From positions 224,001-288,000 of the forward strand of contig CAWCNY010000002.1 in assembly GCA_963797095.1 (NCBI GenBank): a stretch of DNA of 64,000 bases. Reading direction: 5' to 3'. The notes under the pieces are model-generated. The model searched no databases. It worked only from the letters and a program-made list of their open reading frames with translations, and was not told where the DNA came from. The translations under genes and the position numbers were made by a program. Of this stretch, positions 9,101 to 19,039 are shown piece after piece. The stretch comes from an uncultured Chloroflexia bacterium (GTDB taxonomy: Bacteria; Chloroflexota; Chloroflexia; QHBQ01; JADMIH01). How positions within the stretch are numbered: position 1 is the first letter of the stretch; the number at the start of each line of letters is the position of its first letter.

Positions 9101-12052
9101 ATGGGGCGTCACACATTCAGTAGCCCCGACGACTATACAATCGCCACGAAGTCCACAGGCGAGCTATTTTCCACATTTGGAGAATTCCTGCGCTATTTGC
9201 GTCGTGGGCAGCGTCTTACCCAGACCGACCTGGGGATAGCCGTTGGCTACAGCACCCAGCACATTCACTTGCTTGAGAGCGGCCAGCGGCTGCCCGATCC
9301 TACCACGGTTGCGGCGTTATTTGTGCCTGCCCTGCGCCTGGAATCGCACGCCGATATCGCAACTCGGCTCGTTGAATTAGCCAATGATGCCCGTGCGCTA
9401 GCGAGATCGGGCAGGCACGGGCGTACCACTCACACTGTAGGTGTGCAGAGGGAAGTGGTGCGCATCGAAACCACCGAGGAGATCGGTACTCTGGAGGACC
9501 CGCCTCCTATCCCACCGATGGCCGTGCAGCGTCCGGCGGCACTGGCCCGCCTCAGAGAGCGGTTATCGGTTGAGCGATTTCTGGTCCTGTCGGGTCTACC
9601 GGGTATGGGCAAGACATCGTTGGCAGCAACCCTTGCTCGTGAATATGCGAGTGCTAATCCTGTGTTGTGGCTCACCTTCACAGAGGGCGTCAATACCTCG
9701 CCGGATGCGCTGGTGCGGCAGCTTGCGCTCTTTGCTATCGCTTACTCTCTTGCTCCTGCTGCTCAGGTGTCGCAATTGATCGGGCGCGGCACCGATCCCC
9801 AACCGTTGTCTCTGGACAGGCAGGTGCTGCTTCTTGGCAGCGTGTTGAGCCAGCAGACTGCCGCTCCTGCTCTGCTCTGTTTTGACAATACCCACCTGAT
9901 CCTGGCGGATCAGCCTATGCTCAACCTGCTTACCCGCCTGATGGCTACATCGCCCGCATCTTTCCTCTTTGTCAGCCGCGAAGACCTGCCTGTGCCTGGC
10001 CTGGCCCATCTGCAACTGGATGGCCTGCAACGAGATGAAGCGGCTGAGTTTATGCAGCATCTTGTAGGCCCTGCGGGCGCTACCAATCGGGTAGAGCCGG
10101 AAGCCTTGCAGCACCGCAACTTATTTGATCGTCTCTACGAGCGAACGGCGGGTAGCCCCATGCTGCTGCGCCTTAGCCTGGGACAGATGATGGATCGACA
10201 CCTGGATGCGGCCAGGTTCATCGAGCAAATCGCCACCCAGCCCCAGATCGATTCGTATTTGCTTGGCACCATCATAAGCGGGCTTTCAACGTCCAGCAGG
10301 CGACTCGCTTCGCTGGTGGCGGTTCTTCGCAGGCCGGTCAATCTGTACGACCCCACGTTGGTTGATCTGATGCGGGAGGGCAAAATAGTTGGTGCGGGCG
10401 TAGAAGGTGAGGGTCTGCCCGGTGCGATGGCGGAATTGCAGCACCGCCATATACTCGATAGCCCAGGCCAGGCCGCTTTGCACCCTCTACTACGCGATTA
10501 CATGGCCGCAATCCTGGCTACGGACCCCGACCAATGGAAGAAGATGCACCTGCTCGCTGCCCGGTATTCTGAGCAGGGCCTCGGTGATATAGTTGAGGCC
10601 GCATATCACTATTGCCGGGCGAGCAAGCTTGAGGAGATGGCGGGCGCGCTGGCCGACCAGGGCACGGCTCTGTTCAACCAGGGCAAAGGCCAGGCAGCCC
10701 TGGAGGTGCTCGACGATGGGATCGCCCAGGCGCGCAGGAAGCGTACCGCACCGGCCGGCCTTTTGAGGCGGCTCCTTACAGTGCGGGGCGACCTTCTCGC
10801 CAGCAGCTTGCGCGCGGGCGAGGCCGAAGCGAATTACAGGGAGGCGCTGGCACTCGCGTTGCAGGAGGGAAGCGCCCCGCCTGTGCGCGCCCAGGTTATG
10901 ATGCGCCTTGCGTCTTGCCTGACACAGCGCAGCCACGCCCCTGAAGCGTTCGAGCTTTGCCGCCAGGGCCTTGAGATGCTTGGCCCCGGTGATACTCTGC
11001 TGGCCGCGCAATTGACAACCGTGCAATCGGGTGTGCTGGCGATTATGGGCCACTTCGAGGAGGCGGAGACCAGCGGTAAGCGCGCACTTGAGCTGAGCGA
11101 TGGGTTGATGCCTACCCTGCCCGACGTGGTGCTTGGCATCCGCGCACGCGTCTACAATGTACTTGGTATGGTAAGCGCCATCCGCCAGCGCCACGACGAT
11201 GCCTTACGCCACTGGTCGAGCGCCATCGAGGCGGCGCGGCAAGTGCAGTATGTACAATTGGAGTACAGATGCCGGGGCAATATGGGCAACGTCTTCTACG
11301 AGAAAGGCGACCTGGAGAGAGCAACCCAGTATTGCGCGGAGGCGGTTTTGGTGTTGCAATCGATAGGCGACGATTACGGGGCGGTGCGTTTTATGCACAC
11401 TCTTGGCAACGCCCAGTATATGCGCCACAGCCTGGATGATGCCATCAAGACGCTGGGCCAGGCAGCCGAGATCAAGGAGCGAATGGGCGACCGCCCTGGA
11501 CATGCGATCTCGCTTGCTATGCAGGGGATGGCGTTGCTGGCTCAAGGGCATGTGGCGCAGGCCCGAACTCGAGTAGAGGATGCTTTGCGCGCTTTGGAGG
11601 GCCTGGAGGCAACGCGTGTGCAGGGCTATGTGCTTATTATGCTGTGTGATACCCAGATCGCCTCCGGGGACCTGCACGGGGCGCGCGCCACGTTGGAGCA
11701 GGCCGAGCATCTGGCGGGTGCCGAAACCGATCTTAAATGGTTGGTTGACCTTCAAAATCACAAGGCGCTGGCGCTGTTGGCGGCGGGCGGCCTTGAGGCT
11801 GCGCGTATGATCGCGCCCCAAACGCCTTCGCCCGAAGCGGGTATGGAGGTCGCTCTGATGCATGATCTGATTGATGGCATGCTAGCTCATCTCTCCGGCG
11901 ATCCCGGTGCCGCCACGGCACTGTTCGAGCAGGTCGCAGTTCAGGCCCGCGAAGCAGGTTATTTGCTATACGAGGCCACTGCTGAACGCCTGCGCGATGT
12001 TCAAGCCTCCCAGGACACGCCCGCACAACTGGCAAAAGCCTTCTACTGCTAA
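9101..12052 (+). CDS. XRE-HTH + STAND (NB-ARC-like) NTPase + TPR transcriptional regulator
   Basis: HTH LTQTDLG..LESGQRLP; Walker A GLPGMGKT; Walker B LLCFDN; GSPML (GxP); LHPLLRD; C-terminal TPRs. Confidence 0.9.
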   Translation: MGRHTFSSPDDYTIATKSTGELFSTFGEFLRYLRRGQRLTQTDLGIAVGYSTQHIHLLESGQRLPDPTTVAALFVPALRLESHADIATRLVELANDARALARSGRHGRTTHTVGVQREVVRIETTEEIGTLEDPPPIPPMAVQRPAALARLRERLSVERFLVLSGLPGMGKTSLAATLAREYASANPVLWLTFTEGVNTSPDALVRQLALFAIAYSLAPAAQVSQLIGRGTDPQPLSLDRQVLLLGSVLSQQTAAPALLCFDNTHLILADQPMLNLLTRLMATSPASFLFVSREDLPVPGLAHLQLDGLQRDEAAEFMQHLVGPAGATNRVEPEALQHRNLFDRLYERTAGSPMLLRLSLGQMMDRHLDAARFIEQIATQPQIDSYLLGTIISGLSTSSRRLASLVAVLRRPVNLYDPTLVDLMREGKIVGAGVEGEGLPGAMAELQHRHILDSPGQAALHPLLRDYMAAILATDPDQWKKMHLLAARYSEQGLGDIVEAAYHYCRASKLEEMAGALADQGTALFNQGKGQAALEVLDDGIAQARRKRTAPAGLLRRLLTVRGDLLASSLRAGEAEANYREALALALQEGSAPPVRAQVMMRLASCLTQRSHAPEAFELCRQGLEMLGPGDTLLAAQLTTVQSGVLAIMGHFEEAETSGKRALELSDGLMPTLPDVVLGIRARVYNVLGMVSAIRQRHDDALRHWSSAIEAARQVQYVQLEYRCRGNMGNVFYEKGDLERATQYCAEAVLVLQSIGDDYGAVRFMHTLGNAQYMRHSLDDAIKTLGQAAEIKERMGDRPGHAISLAMQGMALLAQGHVAQARTRVEDALRALEGLEATRVQGYVLIMLCDTQIASGDLHGARATLEQAEHLAGAETDLKWLVDLQNHKALALLAAGGLEAARMIAPQTPSPEAGMEVALMHDLIDGMLAHLSGDPGAATALFEQVAVQAREAGYLLYEATAERLRDVQASQDTPAQLAKAFYC

Positions 12053-12203
12053 TGCAGATGGTGTGCGCAAAGCGTGCGGTTTGGCATTACGCCTGCCTTG
12101 CGTGCACATTCCCCAGGTGATATAGTATCTCAAGAGATTGCGCCCTAACAGGGCATTGTATGACCGTCTATCGGCGTTGATAACGGCCCGGAGGTATCTA
12201 CAA

Positions 12204-13679
12204 ATGAAAGCCGAGGAGATTGAGTGTACTGACACCGTCGCCACCCCTGCCCACCCTACCGCCCAACTTCGCAATCCCGATTTTCGCGACCGCGACCTGC
12301 GCGACCTGATAGTAGGGGGACATACTCTTGTCCCGACTCTCGACGGTAGCCTTCGCCCTTATATCAACCTCGACAACGCCGCCTCCACCCCCATCGCCCG
12401 CCCGATCAAAGCTAAAGTAGACGAATCGCTCGAATGGTATTCAGCAGTACACCGAGGCGCGGGCTTCAAGTCTCAAGTTTCTTCACTTGCCTACGAGCAC
12501 GCCCGCGATATCATCCTCGATTTTGTGGGCGCGGGCCACGGCGACCGCACCTGCATTTTCTTGCGCAACGCAACCGAGGCGATCAACAGGTGCGCCAACC
12601 GCCTCAGCTTTGGGTCGGGGGATGTGGTGCTCACCACCCTCATGGAGCACCACTCAAATATGCTCGTGTGGCGCAAACGCCTGTCCAACGTCCAGTATAT
12701 CGACATAGACGAGCATGGCGCACCCGTTATCTCCGATTTGATCGCCAGGCTGGAAGCCAACAAGGGGCATGTCAGGCTGGTGGCGGTTTCGGGCGGCTCC
12801 AACGTGACAGGGGTCATCCCGGATATTCACGCTATCGCACGTATCGTGCACGAAGCAGGCGCGCTCTTCCTGGTTGATGCTGCGCAACTGGCACCGCATC
12901 GCCCGATCAACATGGGCAAGGCGGGCACGCCCGACAGTATCGATTTCCTGGCGATGTCGGCCCACAAAATGTATGCCCCTCTCGGTAGTGGGGTGCTGAT
13001 CGGCCCAACCGAAGCCTTCACGGGGGGCACGCCCGACCTGGTGGGCGGTGGCACGGTCATCTTCGTTTCGGAAGAGAGCGTCATGTGGACTGAGCCTCCT
13101 GACAGCGAGGAGGCGGGAAGCCCCAACGTGCCCGGATCTATCGCGATGGCCGCCGCTGCTCGTTTCTTGCAGGACGACCTGGGATGGGACTGGCTGATCC
13201 AGCACGAACGCGACCTGACCTCCTACGCCCTCGCCAAAATGGGCGAGATCCCCGGTGTTAGCATAGTCGGCCCGAATGACCCTTCCCTTCCGGAAGATCG
13301 CCTGGGCGTGATCGCGTTCAACGTCGCCAACGTGAACCATTACCTGGTGGCCGCCGTTCTGAGCCACGAGTACGGCATAGGCACGCGTGTGGGCTGCTTC
13401 TGCGCCCACCCCTATCTTATCCACCTGTTCCACGTTTCGCAGGACGTTATCCACAGGTTGAGCGATGAGATAGGCCAGGGAGACAAGCGCAACTTCCCCG
13501 GCGCGGTGCGCATATCCTTCGGTTTCTACAATACGCGCGAGGATGTGGACGCTGCGGTAGAGGCACTCACACAGATCAGCCAGGGCAAGTGGCGGGGGCA
13601 CTACGTGCAGGATAAAAAGACCGCCGACTTCTCCCCTGTCGAGACCAGGACTTCTCCTGAGGGCTGGTTTACTTTCTAG
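12204..13679 (+). CDS. Class V PLP aminotransferase (cysteine desulfurase / selenocysteine lyase-like)
   Basis: LDNAAST, EHHSN, DAAQ, SAHKMY (PLP Lys), RVGCFCAHP; start chosen from the GGAGG RBS. Confidence 0.88.
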   Translation: MKAEEIECTDTVATPAHPTAQLRNPDFRDRDLRDLIVGGHTLVPTLDGSLRPYINLDNAASTPIARPIKAKVDESLEWYSAVHRGAGFKSQVSSLAYEHARDIILDFVGAGHGDRTCIFLRNATEAINRCANRLSFGSGDVVLTTLMEHHSNMLVWRKRLSNVQYIDIDEHGAPVISDLIARLEANKGHVRLVAVSGGSNVTGVIPDIHAIARIVHEAGALFLVDAAQLAPHRPINMGKAGTPDSIDFLAMSAHKMYAPLGSGVLIGPTEAFTGGTPDLVGGGTVIFVSEESVMWTEPPDSEEAGSPNVPGSIAMAAAARFLQDDLGWDWLIQHERDLTSYALAKMGEIPGVSIVGPNDPSLPEDRLGVIAFNVANVNHYLVAAVLSHEYGIGTRVGCFCAHPYLIHLFHVSQDVIHRLSDEIGQGDKRNFPGAVRISFGFYNTREDVDAAVEALTQISQGKWRGHYVQDKKTADFSPVETRTSPEGWFTF

Positions 13680-13689
13680 CCTCGTTTGT

Positions 13690-15117
13690 ATGACCGATCT
13701 TGCTTCTTTGTCGCAGGATGCCCACCGCCCACGCTATCATTTCCTGCCGCCAGCCAATTGGCTGAACGATCCCAACGGTCTCATCCATTGGAAGGGCGAA
13801 TACCACCTCTTTTATCAGTACAATCCATACAACCCCTGGCATGAGCTTATCCATTGGGGCCACGCTGTTAGCCCCGACCTCGTTCACTGGACACACCTTC
13901 CCGTTGCGCTCGCTCCTACCCCGGACTCCCCCGACCAGGATGGTTGCTTCTCAGGCTGTGCGGTGGACCATGACGGCGTCCCGACCATCATCTTTACAGG
14001 TGTTCGCGACGGCGACCAGCTCCCATGCCTTGCCACAGGGGACATCAACCTACGCAGCCTCCACAAATACCCTGGCAACCCCTTAATCGCCTCCCCACCC
14101 CCCGACCTTGACCTGGTGGCCTTTCGCGATCACTCGATCTGGAAAGAAGATGATGGCTGGTATCAGCTGATCGGTTCCGGGCTAAGGAATACCGGCGGCA
14201 CCGCCCTTCTCTATCGCTCTCCCGATCTGATCAACTGGGAATATCTTCATCCCCTCTACATAGGCGATCTTGATCCGACAACGCACATCTTTACAGGCTC
14301 GATGTGGGAATGCCCTGATTTCTTCCCACTTGGTGACAAGCATGTTCTGTCGGTCTCTGTCCTGGATGGCGACCGGCTACACTTTGCCATCTATTTCGTC
14401 GGCACGTACGCAGGCCATAAGTTCACGCCCATAGATCTCCACAAGCTCGACTGCGGCCGCAGCTTCTATGCGCCTCAGTCTTTCACCGATCAGAATGGTC
14501 GCCGCATCATGTTTGGCTGGTTGCGTGAAATGCGAGATGATGCGGCGCAGGTCGCCGCCGGGTGGTCGGGTGTCATGTCCCTTCCCCGCGTCCTCTCTCT
14601 GCGCTTCGATGGTATGCTTGATATACGGCCCGCGCCCGAACTTGAAACCTTGCGCGGTCGCCATTACCGTTTGAGCGACCTTTACCTTACCCAGGAGCAT
14701 ACACCTCTATCCTCGGATGCCCATGGCGATACCCTTGAAATCTCCGCCGAGTTTGAGCCTGGTGACGCCATTGAGGTTGGTCTTACAGTTCGTTGCTCGC
14801 CCGATCGTGCTGAACAAACGCGCATCTATTACAACTGCGCTCAAGAGCGACTCTATTTGGACAGCACAAATTCAAGCCTGGACCCTTCTACTCATGGCTC
14901 TCAACATAGCAGCCCCCTCTCGCTTGCATCAGGAGAGACTCTCCATCTGCGGGTCTTCCTCGACCTCTCCGCAATAGAAGTCTTCGGCAATGATCGTGTA
15001 TGCCTCACGGACCGCATTTACCCTACCCGGCGGGACAGCCTTGTCGTAGAGTTGCTGGCGCGTGACGGTATCGCCAACCTCAAATCCCTGGACGTTTGGC
15101 AGATGGTCGCCATCTGA
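13690..15117 (+). CDS. GH32 beta-fructofuranosidase / sucrose-6-phosphate hydrolase
   Basis: WLNDPNG, FSG, RD, WECPD catalytic motifs. Confidence 0.92.
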   Translation: MTDLASLSQDAHRPRYHFLPPANWLNDPNGLIHWKGEYHLFYQYNPYNPWHELIHWGHAVSPDLVHWTHLPVALAPTPDSPDQDGCFSGCAVDHDGVPTIIFTGVRDGDQLPCLATGDINLRSLHKYPGNPLIASPPPDLDLVAFRDHSIWKEDDGWYQLIGSGLRNTGGTALLYRSPDLINWEYLHPLYIGDLDPTTHIFTGSMWECPDFFPLGDKHVLSVSVLDGDRLHFAIYFVGTYAGHKFTPIDLHKLDCGRSFYAPQSFTDQNGRRIMFGWLREMRDDAAQVAAGWSGVMSLPRVLSLRFDGMLDIRPAPELETLRGRHYRLSDLYLTQEHTPLSSDAHGDTLEISAEFEPGDAIEVGLTVRCSPDRAEQTRIYYNCAQERLYLDSTNSSLDPSTHGSQHSSPLSLASGETLHLRVFLDLSAIEVFGNDRVCLTDRIYPTRRDSLVVELLARDGIANLKSLDVWQMVAI

Positions 15118-15136
15118 CTCGTTACAAGGAAAGCCG

Positions 15137-15189
15137 CCCGCCCTGGCTTGTCATCCTTCACTTCGTTCAGGATGACAAGCCAGGGCGGG
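15137..15189. repeat. REP-like 21-bp-stem hairpin
   Basis: CCCGCCCTGGCTTGTCATCCT-loop-AGGATGACAAGCCAGGGCGGG; related core at 62989-63012. Confidence 0.75.
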
Positions 15190-15351
15190 GTATCCTCATA
15201 CATTTTCGCTTGCATAACATTCAGGGCTGCATATTAGCTCTCGGTCGGCAGGCATTGACTTGGCAAGAATGCTGTTCGTACGGGAATCGTGGTAACCCTC
15301 ACCCGCCATCCGTCGTATAATAGGTACACGAGCCAGGTGAGTTCCCTATCA

Positions 15352-16533
15352 ATGAAGACCATTTTCTCCCGAAAACTGCGTGTATTTACTGCCCTCTTGC
15401 CGGCGATGGCACTCGCTATCAGTGTTGCGGGCTGTAGCCTTACCGATCTTCCTCAGCCTGGGGCTAATGCCACCCACGGTTCAGTGGCCGCAACTCCTGT
15501 GGGCAGTACTCAAGCTATTCCTACCTCCATTCCTACCCCCGTTTCTTCTGCGGGTGCGGCCTGGCAGGTGCCCGCCGAGCAGCAAGCTACGGTCAAGGTG
15601 GTTGAGAAGGTAGCACCAGCAGTTGTGACGGTAGTCAACCAACTCGCGCCGCAGGGTGGACTTATAGGCGAATCGCGTGGCTCCGGAGTGATTATTGATA
15701 CAGATGGACGCATCATCACCAATAACCACGTAGTAGAAGGTGCTACTGCCGGCGGACTACAGGTGATCTTCTACGACGGCGACACCGCGCCCGCTACCCT
15801 TCTGGGCACCGACTCGCTGAGCGATATAGCCGTTCTGAAGGTGGATCACGGTGTAGATGCTGTGGCCGACCTGGGCGACTCGTCCACCCTCAAAGTAGGC
15901 GAAACGGTGATCGCTATCGGCTCGGCGCTGGGCGACTTCCAGAACACCGTCACGGTGGGCGTGGTGAGCGGCCTCAACCGCACCCTCCAACGCGACGATG
16001 GCACCAACATGGAGAACATGATCCAGACCGACGCCGCGATCAACCACGGCAATTCAGGCGGCCCGCTCCTCAATCTTTCCGGCCAGGTGATCGGCATCAA
16101 TGCCGCCGTGGTGCGTGGTGGTGACAGCAGCGGCGACGTGGCCGAGGGCCTTGGTTTCGCGATCCCTGTCGATACAGTCAAGACGGTCTCGGCGCAGTTG
16201 ATCAGCGCTGGCAAGGTGGTTCGCCCGTTCCTGGGCGTGCGCTCCGCCCCTATAAACCGGGCCATAGCTTCCTACTACGACCTGAAGGACGAAAACGGCG
16301 ATGTGCTCACTTCAGGCGCACTGGTGGATGCTGTAACCCCTGGTAGTGCAGCCGAGCAAGCAGGCATCAAGCCGCTCGACGTGATAATGAAGGTGGATGA
16401 CTACACCCTGGACGAAGATCACCCGCTGGTGAACGTTCTTACGAACTTCCAGCCGGGCGATACCATTACCCTCCAGATTGTGCGAAATGGTAAGCGTCTT
16501 GTGATGGACGTTACGCTTGGCACGCGCCCATAG
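15352..16533 (+). CDS. HtrA/DegP-like serine protease with PDZ domain (probable lipoprotein)
   Basis: TNNHV, DIAV, QTDAAINHGNSGG; PDZ (PFLGV); lipobox VAGC. Confidence 0.92.
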   Translation: MKTIFSRKLRVFTALLPAMALAISVAGCSLTDLPQPGANATHGSVAATPVGSTQAIPTSIPTPVSSAGAAWQVPAEQQATVKVVEKVAPAVVTVVNQLAPQGGLIGESRGSGVIIDTDGRIITNNHVVEGATAGGLQVIFYDGDTAPATLLGTDSLSDIAVLKVDHGVDAVADLGDSSTLKVGETVIAIGSALGDFQNTVTVGVVSGLNRTLQRDDGTNMENMIQTDAAINHGNSGGPLLNLSGQVIGINAAVVRGGDSSGDVAEGLGFAIPVDTVKTVSAQLISAGKVVRPFLGVRSAPINRAIASYYDLKDENGDVLTSGALVDAVTPGSAAEQAGIKPLDVIMKVDDYTLDEDHPLVNVLTNFQPGDTITLQIVRNGKRLVMDVTLGTRP

Positions 16534-16553
16534 CCTTCTTTCCCATAGTTTTC

Positions 16554-18854
16554 TTGTATTTTGAATTGTATGCGATCTCCGTGTTGAAAAAGCAAAATGC
16601 CCTGTTCTGGGCTAATGTTGCCGTCATTTTCGTACTGGCGATTGCGGTTCGGTGGGCTTACTGGGCCGATGCACGTATGTACGCTGTCGGCGCTGACGAG
16701 CCCGATTATGTTGTTCCGGCTCAGCAGTTCGCACGCGAAGGCCGGTATGTAGACACCTATATCTCGCGTGACCGCATCTGGACCCGTGTTCCACTCACGT
16801 CCATCTTCTTCTCGGCGTCCTTCCTCTTTGTGCCCGACCAGGCAGCCGCCACCGCCGAGGGTGATGACGCCGCCCTCATGGAGCCGCGCTACGACGCACT
16901 CAATATCGCGCAGATCATCATCAGCCTTGTTACCGTGGTGGTCACTATGGCCCTTGCCTATCGGGCCTTCCCTCGCAAGGCGCGTGGGGCCGCGCTGGTC
17001 GCGGGCTACATATCGGCCCTTTACCCACCCCTTGCTTCAAGCCCGGCGCAGCGCGCCCTCTCGGAGCCGCTTTCGATAGCGGTCATTTTCGCCGCCATTC
17101 TTGCGCTCAACTATTGGTCTCCTGCAAGTTCCTGGAAGCGCAGGCTGGCTCTCGCTGCTCTGATTGGGCTATTGTTGGGTGTGGGGGCGCTGGTGCGCTC
17201 GGTAGCGGTGGCATATCTCCCGTTCGCTTGCCTTTATTTCTTGTGGGTGCACAGAGTGTGGAGAAACGACGAAGGACGAAAGACGAAGGACGAAGAAGAG
17301 CCCCAGGAGGCAAGGCCAAGGCAACCTGGCAACGTCCGTCCTTCCTCCTTCGTCTTTCGTCGTCCTTCGTCTTCCGCCGTCCTCGCGCTCGTCGTCTGCT
17401 TCGCGGCTATCGCTCCCTGGACTTACTACAACTACACTCAGTACAAGAGCTTTCTGCTGTTGGAGACAGCCAACACTACCGCTTACTGGCACTACCACAA
17501 CTTCCGGCGCGAGAACGAGGACGCGATCCTCCGCCAGTATCCCAATCCAGCCGACCGCCTGTCGGTCATCGTGAGCCGTGGCACGACCAACATTCTTGAG
17601 TACCCTGACCAGGCTATCGGTACATCTATCTTCGCCTTCTTCTACACGTGGCACCTTGAGCTTAACTCGGCGGTCCTTATCAATACATGGGACTTCACCC
17701 AGCGCGACCCCGATGTGCCCGACCTGCTGCACGCCGATGCCGCCTTCATCGTGCTGGGCCTAGTAGGGCTGGCTGGGCTGGTGGGGGTTGGCTTGCGCCG
17801 GCCTGCGGATACTGCCGGCCGCACGCTTCTTGCCAACAACCTGTGGCTGCTCGCTATGCTACTCCTGGGCATCGTCGTCCCTTATGATGCTCGCTACCGC
17901 CTGCCTGCTGCCCCCTCGCTGATCGTGCTGGCGGCGGGCCTGCTGGTGTCCGCAGATTGGCGCTCGGTGTTCCGCCCGCGCCTCGCCTGGGGTTTGCTTC
18001 GACGCCACCCGGTGGTGGCGTTCTCCACTCTTTTGCTTTGCTTGTGGGTGCTGATCGGCGCATACAATCCCAGCATCCCGCCTCTGTTGCGTAGTCTGTA
18101 CCAGGCGTGGCGCGGAGATACGGCGTCGTCGCAGGCGGAGGCCATAGGGCGCTACCAACTTGCCGAGCAAGCTGACCCCACCTTCTACTGGGCCTACCGT
18201 CACGAGGCAGACGCTCTGCGTGCTTTCCACGACGATGTTATGGCACGCGCTCTTTACGGGAAGGCACGAGACCTCAACCCCGACGATCCTTACGCCATAC
18301 TTGGGTTCGCCGACCTGGTGGCGCGCCACCCTGAATGGGAGTTGACAGGCACCGAACATGCCTGGGTCGCCCGTGACGAGTCGGAGTGGAGGGGCAATCC
18401 CTGGAATAGCTTTGATCCCAGTCCCACAAGCGAAATAGATGTGGGCACGGGTCGCGATATCCCCTACATCCTCGGCTTCTACCGTCCCGACCGAGAGCCG
18501 GCCATAGACTACAGGTGGAGCATGGGCCGCTCGCACATACGCATACCTGTCCATCAGGACAATAGCACTCCTCCAAAAGCGGTTACGCTACGCATGAGCG
18601 CCCCCGCCGTCGGCCCATCAGAGCCAATGCTCGTCACGATCAACGTTGATGGCGTTTCCAGTGAGTTCACTGTTCCTGTGGGGTGGACTGATTACACCGT
18701 TCCCTTGCCTGCTACCCCTTCGCCCGGCTCGATGATCAATATCACCCTACAAAGCCCCACCCGCGATCTCTCCATACTCCAACCCGGCTCTAACGACACA
18801 CGGAAGCTGGGCGTGGGGCTGGATTGGGTTACTCTATCAACATCCGCACCCTGA
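16554..18854 (+). CDS. GT-C (ArnT/PMT-like) membrane glycosyltransferase with TPR-like and C-terminal extracellular domains
   Basis: DE motif after TM1, SEPL, PW..YN, RYRLP; many TM helices; start uncertain. Confidence 0.7.
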   Translation: MYFELYAISVLKKQNALFWANVAVIFVLAIAVRWAYWADARMYAVGADEPDYVVPAQQFAREGRYVDTYISRDRIWTRVPLTSIFFSASFLFVPDQAAATAEGDDAALMEPRYDALNIAQIIISLVTVVVTMALAYRAFPRKARGAALVAGYISALYPPLASSPAQRALSEPLSIAVIFAAILALNYWSPASSWKRRLALAALIGLLLGVGALVRSVAVAYLPFACLYFLWVHRVWRNDEGRKTKDEEEPQEARPRQPGNVRPSSFVFRRPSSSAVLALVVCFAAIAPWTYYNYTQYKSFLLLETANTTAYWHYHNFRRENEDAILRQYPNPADRLSVIVSRGTTNILEYPDQAIGTSIFAFFYTWHLELNSAVLINTWDFTQRDPDVPDLLHADAAFIVLGLVGLAGLVGVGLRRPADTAGRTLLANNLWLLAMLLLGIVVPYDARYRLPAAPSLIVLAAGLLVSADWRSVFRPRLAWGLLRRHPVVAFSTLLLCLWVLIGAYNPSIPPLLRSLYQAWRGDTASSQAEAIGRYQLAEQADPTFYWAYRHEADALRAFHDDVMARALYGKARDLNPDDPYAILGFADLVARHPEWELTGTEHAWVARDESEWRGNPWNSFDPSPTSEIDVGTGRDIPYILGFYRPDREPAIDYRWSMGRSHIRIPVHQDNSTPPKAVTLRMSAPAVGPSEPMLVTINVDGVSSEFTVPVGWTDYTVPLPATPSPGSMINITLQSPTRDLSILQPGSNDTRKLGVGLDWVTLSTSAP

Positions 18855-19039
18855 CTACTGCACCAAGGAATGTGCAACATCTCGAATACTAGATGAATGC
18901 CCGCAAATATACGATCTGGTTCTAAAATAGCCATTTTGGCTATTTTAGAAAGCCCATCCAATATTCCAGGGCACAAGGAAAGAAGTGGGCGATCCACTGC
19001 CCACACTGTACAATAAGAGCAGAAAGGTGGTGATCCAAG

